A stretch of 64,000 nt of DNA from an uncultured Lachnospira sp. (GTDB lineage Bacteria > Bacillota > Clostridia > Lachnospirales > Lachnospiraceae), in contig CAJUBU010000002.1 in the NCBI GenBank assembly GCA_910585095.1, positions 76,622 through 140,621 of the forward strand. The letters are read 5' to 3'. Positions 56,691 through 64,000 of the stretch are shown piece after piece (within the stretch, counting starts at the first letter, position 1; each line of letters opens with the position of its first letter). Below the pieces are notes generated by a model. It did not search any database. It saw only the letters and a list, made by a program, of their open reading frames with translations, and was not told the origin of the DNA. Position numbers and translations under genes: made by a program.

Positions 56691-57587
56691 TTAAGAATTA
56701 AAAAGCATACTGCTTAATTCATTGCTAAGCTGTGCAAATTGCTGCAAGTTCAATGCTTCTCCCCTGACCGTTGACTTAAGACCACATTGTTCTAATGCTG
56801 TCAATAACTGTTCTTTTGTAATGCCTAAATTGGCATTGACAACACTGTTTGTCATCGTCTTTCTTCTCTGATTAAAAGAAGCTCTTATAATATCAAACAT
56901 CAGCTTTTCATTTTCAACTGATACTGGCGGTTTATGATGACAGGTTAGTTTTATTACGGCTGAGTCCACATTTGGACGCGGCATAAAACAGCTTGCAGGT
57001 ACTATAAGAACTACTTGAGGGTTTGCATAATACTGAACAGCTAATGACAATGCCCCATAATCCTTTGTTCCTGGTCCTACCTGCATTCTATCAGCCACTT
57101 CTTTCTGAACCATAATTGTTATGCTCTCTAACGGCACATGGCTTTCAAATAATCCCATAATAATTGGTGTTGTTATATAATAAGGCAGATTGGCAACAAC
57201 CTTAATTGGCTTGCCTTCATTGTGTTCTAATATAAGCTTGTTGATATCAAGCTTTAATATATCCTCATTAATAACGGTTACATTATCATAAAACGACAGT
57301 GTATCTTGTGTTAAAATGGGTATCAGCTTTTTATCAATCTCTACCGCCACAACTTCTCTTGCATTTTCACAAAGAATCTGTGTCATTGTACCGATACCAG
57401 GTCCAATTTCTAAAACAAAATCATCCTTTTTTACGCCTGATTCTTGCACAATCTTTTTTACAATATTGCTGTCTATCAAAAAGTTTTGCCCATATTTTTT
57501 TTGAAAAGAAAATCCATATTTTTCAAGTATCTTAATGGTGTTCGTTGGATTTCCAAGATACATTACATTATTATAATCTGTCATCAT
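56691..57587 (-). CDS. rsmA: 16S rRNA (adenine1518/1519-N6)-dimethyltransferase RsmA/KsgA
   Basis: KKYGQNFLID and the SAM-binding motif LEIGPGIGTMT. Confidence 0.95.
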   Translation of the reverse strand: MMTDYNNVMYLGNPTNTIKILEKYGFSFQKKYGQNFLIDSNIVKKIVQESGVKKDDFVLEIGPGIGTMTQILCENAREVVAVEIDKKLIPILTQDTLSFYDNVTVINEDILKLDINKLILEHNEGKPIKVVANLPYYITTPIIMGLFESHVPLESITIMVQKEVADRMQVGPGTKDYGALSLAVQYYANPQVVLIVPASCFMPRPNVDSAVIKLTCHHKPPVSVENEKLMFDIIRASFNQRRKTMTNSVVNANLGITKEQLLTALEQCGLKSTVRGEALNLQQFAQLSNELSSMLFNS

Positions 57588-57733
57588 TTATCCCTTTCAA
57601 TTACTCTGCAAAGTATTATCAGTAAATCTTCTTTATAATCTTATTGCTTCTTTATAATATTTTGAGGCTATCACATCAAGAAAATGCAATAACCTCAAAA
57701 CATATCAATGAAACTTTTACTTAAAACACAAGA

Positions 57734-58528
57734 TTATCTAATAAGCTGAAATATCTTCCTTGCATTTTCATTTGTCTTATCAATCACTTGTGTTGTACTT
57801 ATCCCTTTTATCTGTGCAATTTTTTCTGCTATAAATGATATATTCGTACTGTCATTGCGCTTTCCCCTATAAGGCTCTGGAGCAAGATAAGGGCTGTCTG
57901 TCTCTAGTAAGAGCTTATCCATTGGAATATACTCTACTGCCTCTATTAATTTCTTTGCATTTTTAAACGTAATTACACCGCCAATTCCAAAATAAAAACC
58001 CATATTCAAAAAATCTTTTGCTGTCTCTTTTGTATACGAATAACAGTGTACAATTCCGCCAACAGCGCTTGCATTCTCCTGTTTCATAATATCAATCGTA
58101 TCCTGACAAGCATCCCTTGAATGGACAATAATAGGCTTTTTTACTTTTTTGGCTAATGCAATCTGTTCTATAAACCATTTGTTTTGAATATCTTTAGACG
58201 GACTTTGATAGTGATAATCAAGTCCGATTTCACCGACAGCCACTACTTTTGGATTTTTAACTGCATTTTCATACAACCATTCCATATCGCTTGCAGTAAG
58301 AGCTCCTACATCTGATGGGTGAACGCCAATTGCCGCATACACCTTATCATATTTTGCTGCAAGTGCTAATGAATCCTTACATCCCTTTAACGATGCCCCT
58401 ATATTAACGATAACATCAATCATGCCAGAATCGCCTAACATTTCCGTAAGTAAATACTCTCTGTCTTTATCAAATGACTCATCATCATAATGAGCATGTG
58501 TTTCAAATATTTTCACGCAAACATCCAA
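57734..58528 (-). CDS. TatD-family metal-dependent hydrolase/DNase
   Basis: FETHAHY N-terminal motif, and the conserved motifs GEIGLDY, HSRDA and ETDSPYL. Confidence 0.9.
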   Translation of the reverse strand: MDVCVKIFETHAHYDDESFDKDREYLLTEMLGDSGMIDVIVNIGASLKGCKDSLALAAKYDKVYAAIGVHPSDVGALTASDMEWLYENAVKNPKVVAVGEIGLDYHYQSPSKDIQNKWFIEQIALAKKVKKPIIVHSRDACQDTIDIMKQENASAVGGIVHCYSYTKETAKDFLNMGFYFGIGGVITFKNAKKLIEAVEYIPMDKLLLETDSPYLAPEPYRGKRNDSTNISFIAEKIAQIKGISTTQVIDKTNENARKIFQLIR

Positions 58529-58563
58529 GCCTTTCTATAATTATATTGTAAAGTAAAATTTTT

Positions 58564-60549
58564 TTAGCAGATTTCACTTCCGCTGACAATATCTTTATCG
58601 ACTGTCATTACAGAAAGATTGCCCTTATCGTCACCTGCCGCAAGTATCATTCCCTGTGATTCTACACCACATAACTTGCATGGTTTCAAGTTTGTGATAA
58701 CAGCAACTTTTTTTCCAACCATTTCTTCCGGCTTATAATAATTGGCAATTCCCGAAACAATCTGTCTTATCTCTTTCCCCACGCGAATTTGTGATACAAG
58801 AAGCTTCTTTGATTTTTTGACAGGCTCACATTTTAATACTTCACCGACTTGAATCTGTACCTTATCAAAATCATCAATCGTAATTTCGGATTTCTTTTCA
58901 ACTTCTGGATAAACATCTTCCGTTTCTTCTTGAGCCTTTTGGAGTTCTTCTACTTGTTTCAATACATCTTCTAATTCCAGTCTTGCAAATAAAATTTCAG
59001 GTGATTTTGTGACCTTTATGCCAGATTCTCTAAGTCCAAATGTTCCTAAATCATCAAAATCCCTTACACCACTTGCAGGATTGTCTGGATATAACTGTGC
59101 TAATATTCGGTCTGTTGTTTCTGGCATAAATGGAGCTAAAAGATTCGCGCCAATTGTGATACTCTCCACAAGATTATACAAAACTTCCTGCAATCGCTCT
59201 TGCTGCGACTCATCTTTTGCTAACACCCATGGCATTGTCTCATCTATATACTTATTGCATCTTTTAAATAGTAAAAATATATTATAGATTGCATAAGAAA
59301 CATGAAGTGTTTTCATATTTTCTTGTACCTTCTGTTTTACACTTGTAACAAGCGTTTTTAACTGGGCATCAAAATCAAGGTTGGCATCACTGCCTGTCGT
59401 ATCTGCGCCTGTCTTATTTACAACGCCATCAAAATATTTATTGGACATAGCAATCGTTCTATTGACAAGATTGCCAAGCGTATTGGCAAGCTCTGAATTG
59501 ATACGCTCAACAAGCAGTTCCCATGATATAACTCCGTCATATTCAAAAGGCATCTCATGTAGCACAAAATAACGAACAGCATCCACCCCAAACAATTTTA
59601 CTAAATCATCGGCATAGATAACATTTCCTTTGGACTTGCTCATCTTGCCATCACCCTGCAAAAGCCAAGGATGTCCAAATATCTGCTTTGGAAGTTCAAT
59701 ATCAAGCGCCATCAAAAGAATTGGCCAATAAATCGTGTGAAATCTCAAAATATCTTTGCCAATCAAATGCAAATCTGCCGGCCAATATTTATTGAATTTT
59801 TCATCATTATTGCCGTCTGCATCATAACCAAGCCCTGTAATATAATTTGTCAATGCATCAATCCATACATACACCACATGCTTATCATCAAAATCAACAG
59901 GAACACCCCATTTAAATGATGTTCTTGACACACATAAATCTTGAAGCCCTACCTTTAAAAAATTATTCATCATCTCATTTTTTCTGGATTCAGGCTGTAT
60001 AAATTCTGGATGTGTCTCAATATGCTTAATCAATCTATCTGCATATTTACTCATTTTAAAAAAGTATGCTTCTTCCTTTGCTGGCTGGCACTCTCTGCCA
60101 CAATCTGGACACTTTCCATCAACGAGCTGTGATGGTGTAAAAAACGCTTCACAAGGCGTACAGTACATACCTTGATATTCACCTTTATAAATATCTCCCT
60201 TATCATACAATTTTTTAAATATCTTTTGAACTTGCTTTTTATGGTCGTTATCCGTTGTTCTTATAAATTTGTCGTATGACGTATTCATTAAATCCCAAAT
60301 TCTTTTAACTTCTGTTGATACTTCATCTACAAATTCTTGTGGCGTCACGCCGACTTCTTCTGCTTTTAATTCGACCTTTTGTCCATGCTCGTCCGTTCCT
60401 GTCTGAAAATATACATCATATCCTTCTTGTCTTTTATATCTTGCAATACTGTCCGCTAACACGATTTCATAGGTGTTGCCAATATGCGGTTTACCTGATG
60501 TATATGTGATTGCTGTCGTCATATAAAACGGTCCTTTATTTTGTGGCAT
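58564..60549 (-). CDS. metG: Methionine--tRNA ligase with a C-terminal tRNA-binding (Trbp111-like) domain
   Basis: HIGN (KPHIGNTYE) and KMSKS motifs, plus a zinc knuckle CTPC...CPDC. The ATG at 60549 follows GGAGGAAA. Confidence 0.95.
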   Translation of the reverse strand: MPQNKGPFYMTTAITYTSGKPHIGNTYEIVLADSIARYKRQEGYDVYFQTGTDEHGQKVELKAEEVGVTPQEFVDEVSTEVKRIWDLMNTSYDKFIRTTDNDHKKQVQKIFKKLYDKGDIYKGEYQGMYCTPCEAFFTPSQLVDGKCPDCGRECQPAKEEAYFFKMSKYADRLIKHIETHPEFIQPESRKNEMMNNFLKVGLQDLCVSRTSFKWGVPVDFDDKHVVYVWIDALTNYITGLGYDADGNNDEKFNKYWPADLHLIGKDILRFHTIYWPILLMALDIELPKQIFGHPWLLQGDGKMSKSKGNVIYADDLVKLFGVDAVRYFVLHEMPFEYDGVISWELLVERINSELANTLGNLVNRTIAMSNKYFDGVVNKTGADTTGSDANLDFDAQLKTLVTSVKQKVQENMKTLHVSYAIYNIFLLFKRCNKYIDETMPWVLAKDESQQERLQEVLYNLVESITIGANLLAPFMPETTDRILAQLYPDNPASGVRDFDDLGTFGLRESGIKVTKSPEILFARLELEDVLKQVEELQKAQEETEDVYPEVEKKSEITIDDFDKVQIQVGEVLKCEPVKKSKKLLVSQIRVGKEIRQIVSGIANYYKPEEMVGKKVAVITNLKPCKLCGVESQGMILAAGDDKGNLSVMTVDKDIVSGSEIC

Positions 60550-60910
60550 TTTATTTCCTCCCATCTTCTCTAAAAATTTATTTCCGTAAGCAATGAGCCA
60601 AGTGCCGTGCTTGCACGAGCATTTGGCGAATGCCGTGAGGGTCAAATACCCCGCTGCTCTGTAGCGTTACAAGCTTGATATTCCGTTGCTTGTAGTAGGG
60701 TATTTGATTTTTCCAAGCAGTAAGCCAAACATTATACTTAAAGTCAACATATCATTTCACTGATTTGTTTAGCATATTGGCAAATGCTATGAATGTCAAA
60801 TAATAATGATTTATTCAATATACCACAAGAAAATTCTTATATCAAGAGTCTTTGCATATGTTATAATAATGTTGCAATAATTTAGTCTATACAAAATTTT
60901 CACATTAAAC

Positions 60911-61000
60911 TTTGTGTTTATGCGTTGCTTGACACAAAGTTACTAAAAAAATTCTTTGAGTTTTTTACATTTTTATAAAAAAGCAACGCAGAAATGAGGA
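60911..61000 (+). promoter_or_regulatory. Conserved leader element, copy B
   Basis: TTTGTGTT[TATGCGTTGCTT]GACACAAA hairpin. The loop sequence TGCGTTGCTT is perfectly complementary to AAGCAACGCA (60981-60990), just before GAAATGAGGA and the ATG at 61006. An extended -10 (TGTTATAAT, 60859-60867) lies upstream, so the element should be transcribed. Confidence 0.45.
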
Positions 61001-61005
61001 ATTTT

Positions 61006-62814
61006 ATGTTTTTCACCAAACAAACATTACCTAAAAAATTGCTGATACTTCTTTTATGTGTCAGTATGATACTATGCAGCAGCTGTCAAAGTCCTTTTAA
61101 CTCCAAACAAGAAAATACAACTGCTGCCAGCCATTCAGACAATCAACAAGTCAATCAAGATTTTGATTCCTTTGTCAAAGAACTATTTTATAATACTGTA
61201 ACTTCAAGCACCATATATCTTCACACCTTTTTAGAACACCCTGAAAACTACGGAATTACAGAATATGATGTTACCTATGGAGACATTGATTTAGAAAACC
61301 TTGACGATATGAGCAATCTTTCGGACAGCTTATCACAGTTACTCTGTTATGACAAAGAGCAGCTTACTGCATCCCAAAAGATTACTTATGACGAATTAAA
61401 ATGGTATCTTGAAACCGAGTTAGAATACAGCGACTTAGCATTATTAGAACATATCTTTTCTCCTGTAATTGGCGTTAATGTGCAATTGCCTATCACACTG
61501 GCACAATATGCTTTTAAAGAAGAAAAAGATGTCAAGGAATATCTTACATTGTTAGAAGATACTGACCGCTATTTTTCTCAACTAATGGCATATGAAAAAT
61601 TAAAAAGTGAAAAAGGGTATTTTATGGAAAGTGGCAACGCTGAAAAAATAATCAAACAATGTCAAGAATTTGTAAACGATTGCAATGATGGATTTCTAAT
61701 AACTTCTTTTAAAGAACGATTGGACACTTTACATATCAATGATGAAAATAAAATCAACGAATATATTGAAAAAAATAAAAAAGCAGTCAATGACCATGTT
61801 AAGAAAGCCTATCAGATTATAATCGACGGATTTAATGAAATTAAAAACACAGGAAAATGTACGGGCGGACTATGCAATTATCCAAACGGCGATAAATACT
61901 ACCAATATTTAATTGAATCGGATATGGGCTGGCAAAAATCATTAGATGAATACGATGATTTTATCAATAAATATATCACCTATTTTTCTAATATGCTGTC
62001 CAAATTAATGACAGACGATATAACCCTTGCCTACCAACTTGAAAATCTTTCCTTTGGCAATAAAACACCTGAAAACATGCTTTCTGACTTAAAAAATAAG
62101 ATAGCAAATGATTTTCCAGAACCTGTAAATGTAGGTTACAACATAAAATATATTGCAGAATCTCTCCAGCCTTACGCAAGCCCTGCTATGTACTTTTTTC
62201 CGCAAATTGATGATTTAAATGATAATTCTATCTACATTAATCCCGGAACCAATGATGCATCGGATTTATATACAACAATGGCGCATGAAGGATATCCCGG
62301 ACACTTATATCAAACCACCTACTTTGTCAACACCAAACCTGATTTAATCCGTCATCTTATATCACTTGGCGGTTATACAGAAGGATGGGGAACTTACTGT
62401 GAAGCACAGTCTTATATGTATGCCGAGACAGACAATACCAATTTAAAAATGCTTGCACAGGCAAACTTTTCATTAACAATGCTTATGTATGGAAAAGTTG
62501 ATATTGGTATCAATCACTATGGCTGGACAGAAAATGATGTTTTTAGCTTTATTGAGACATTTGGAATTTCAAGCCGCTCCATTGCACATGATATGTACAA
62601 TTCCATTGTTGCAGAACCAGGCAACTATGCAAAATATGTACTTGGATATATTGGATTTTTGGAATTAAAAGAGGAGGCTAAAAAACTCCTTAAAGATTCA
62701 TTCAATCTCAAGGAGTTTCATCAATATATATTAGATATGGGACCTGTTCCTTTTAAAATGTTATTTGACAATCTAAACACTCTAACAATAAAGACAACCG
62801 CTTCCACAAAATAG
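61006..62814 (+). CDS. DUF885-family protein, probable lipoprotein (metallopeptidase-like HExxPGH motif)
   Basis: Signal peptide ending in Cys residues ([16 protein letters not shown]). Has the block [10 protein letters not shown], characteristic of DUF885. The ATG at 61006 lies 5 nt after GAGGA. Confidence 0.8.
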   Translation: MFFTKQTLPKKLLILLLCVSMILCSSCQSPFNSKQENTTAASHSDNQQVNQDFDSFVKELFYNTVTSSTIYLHTFLEHPENYGITEYDVTYGDIDLENLDDMSNLSDSLSQLLCYDKEQLTASQKITYDELKWYLETELEYSDLALLEHIFSPVIGVNVQLPITLAQYAFKEEKDVKEYLTLLEDTDRYFSQLMAYEKLKSEKGYFMESGNAEKIIKQCQEFVNDCNDGFLITSFKERLDTLHINDENKINEYIEKNKKAVNDHVKKAYQIIIDGFNEIKNTGKCTGGLCNYPNGDKYYQYLIESDMGWQKSLDEYDDFINKYITYFSNMLSKLMTDDITLAYQLENLSFGNKTPENMLSDLKNKIANDFPEPVNVGYNIKYIAESLQPYASPAMYFFPQIDDLNDNSIYINPGTNDASDLYTTMAHEGYPGHLYQTTYFVNTKPDLIRHLISLGGYTEGWGTYCEAQSYMYAETDNTNLKMLAQANFSLTMLMYGKVDIGINHYGWTENDVFSFIETFGISSRSIAHDMYNSIVAEPGNYAKYVLGYIGFLELKEEAKKLLKDSFNLKEFHQYILDMGPVPFKMLFDNLNTLTIKTTASTK

Positions 62815-63528
62815 ATTACAGCAGGCATTGGCAAGGCACAATTTACAGCATACATCACCATTTGCTGCCTGTGTCCTTCCATATGCCTGTCCTCTGTCTG
62901 AATACCATTGTCCGCCGCTTTGAAGCTGTCTGTATAATTGCTGATAACGCATGTTGTCTGGACTAAGCTCCACAGCATGTCTGGCATGTTCTAGAGCGGT
63001 TGCCGTGTTTCCTAATCCAGCATTAGCCTGCGCACTGTAATAATACCATCTTCCATCACGTTCACTGATATTCTCAAGAACATTCAACGCTTCATGGTAT
63101 GAGCCATTTCTTATATAATTAACAGTCGCTTGAAAATATCTGCCATTTTCATCATCACTAAAAGATTCCGCATAGCCTCCGCCAAAGCCAAATGGACCAA
63201 AACCCCAAAACGTACCAAAATCTCCATATGGGTTGCCATTATTTCTATCATTTTGATAGTCTCCATCAGAGCGATAACGCCCGGTGTTTGGGCTGCCTGG
63301 GTTGCTTCCATAGGTGCCGTAGCCTCCAGAATAACCAGATTCACGTTCTTTCATAATCTGATTATATGCCTGCTGCACAACCTTAAACATCTCTTCTGCC
63401 TTATCCTTGTTTGGATTATTAATATTCGCATCGGGATGATACTTGCGGCTTAATGTTCTATATGCTTTTTTTATATCTTCTTCTGATGCATCTTCTGATA
63501 CACCAAGCACTTTATATGGATTTGTCAC
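62782..63528 (-). CDS. J-domain protein with a G/F/Y-rich region, TPR-like helices and a C-terminal cysteine string
   Basis: J domain with HPD (YKVLGV...[13 protein letters not shown]). The tail [22 protein letters not shown] has 8 Cys in 22 aa. Confidence 0.8.
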   Translation of the reverse strand: MTNPYKVLGVSEDASEEDIKKAYRTLSRKYHPDANINNPNKDKAEEMFKVVQQAYNQIMKERESGYSGGYGTYGSNPGSPNTGRYRSDGDYQNDRNNGNPYGDFGTFWGFGPFGFGGGYAESFSDDENGRYFQATVNYIRNGSYHEALNVLENISERDGRWYYYSAQANAGLGNTATALEHARHAVELSPDNMRYQQLYRQLQSGGQWYSDRGQAYGRTQAANGDVCCKLCLANACCNLFCGSGCLYC

Positions 63529-64000
63529 CTTTACTTCTCCGTTTCTTTATGCTAGAATATCGTATCCACACACCAGAATAAATGATATTCCTCAAAATTT
63601 CAACATCTTTTATTATCGGTAATCGTTCAAAATACCTCGCACACTGCGCCATAAGCGTATTTAACATGGTTTCAATAAATTCATTAAAATTCTCTTTATT
63701 TTTATAAAATTTTAAAACATTGTATCGATTCTCCTTTATATCCTCTATCATATCATCATATGCATCAAGAATATAAATATACTTGCCTAAAAAGAAACCT
63801 ATTTTTTCTAATGCTTCTTTCCATTCATCATTTTTTATTGCAAATATAGTTCCCAGTATTGTCCCAAAACATGATGATACTTTATCAATATCTTTAGAAT
63901 TATTTTTTTCATAAGTATGTAGCTTTTTAAATTCTTTTTGCAATCGCTTGCATTTTTGTGGATATTTTGCCAAGAGCATACGCATATTTTTGCGTATCGT
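63512..64000 (-). CDS. Hypothetical protein, C-terminal part only (the reading frame stays open to the window edge)
   Basis: No stop occurs upstream of the first Met in frame up to position 64000. It overlaps the J-domain gene start by 17 nt, which suggests an operon. I recognise no motif. Confidence 0.5.
   Translation of the reverse strand, partial: TIRKNMRMLLAKYPQKCKRLQKEFKKLHTYEKNNSKDIDKVSSCFGTILGTIFAIKNDEWKEALEKIGFFLGKYIYILDAYDDMIEDIKENRYNVLKFYKNKENFNEFIETMLNTLMAQCARYFERLPIIKDVEILRNIIYSGVWIRYSSIKKRRSKGDKSI

Noticed and set aside
60550-60760. T-box riboswitch upstream of metG
   Set aside because: I expected one from biology. I can find no conserved T-box sequence, no specifier-loop/AG-bulge pattern and no terminator/antiterminator pair by eye. 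It is kept only as an unexplained structured leader.
1-64000. Mobile elements, prophage, defence islands, tRNA/rRNA genes
   Set aside because: I found no integrase, transposase, recombinase, restriction-modification, Cas or toxin-antitoxin-like ORFs, and no tRNA-like T-loop or rRNA-like sequence. The SRP RNA is the only RNA gene I can support.

Overview
This 64 kb window looks like a low-GC Firmicute chromosome (Clostridia-like gene content). It is densely coded, mostly on the minus strand, and I found no rRNA, tRNA, CRISPR array, transposase, integrase or prophage genes. Recognisable core blocks are listed here.
- hprK, a ROK glucokinase, murB, rapZ and whiA, followed by uvrC.
- An ECF sigma/anti-sigma pair directly upstream of a MoxR / DUF58 / transglutaminase triad.
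- An Fe-alcohol dehydrogenase and a MATE efflux pump.
- A B. subtilis-like glcT-ptsG-ptsH-ptsI PTS operon on the plus strand.
- Two LytTR signalling modules and transketolase.
- A large (Bacillus-type) SRP RNA followed by dnaX, ybaB and recR.
- A GntR/ABC-2 export module, and tadA, rsmA, tatD and metG.

The most unusual content:
1. A roughly 1215-aa leaderless protein made of three tandem repeats (six predicted cupredoxin-type domains). Only one permuted set of multicopper-oxidase ligands survives. It is translationally coupled to a DUF2935-like helical protein (49203-53763).
2. A duplicated leader element of about 90 nt with predicted pseudoknot geometry, placed identically in front of a GNAT gene and a DUF885 lipoprotein gene.
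3. A co-oriented family of roughly 45-48 nt intergenic repeats, with at least five copies.
4. A four-gene cyclic-nucleotide operon: CHASE2 adenylate cyclase, TIM-barrel protein, GAF-HD-GYP protein and a FecR-domain surface protein.
5. A TPR/acidic giant protein ending in a SpoVK-like AAA module with degenerate Walker motifs.
6. A J-domain protein with a C-terminal cysteine string.

All calls come from reading the sequence and the ORF translations. No database search was run.
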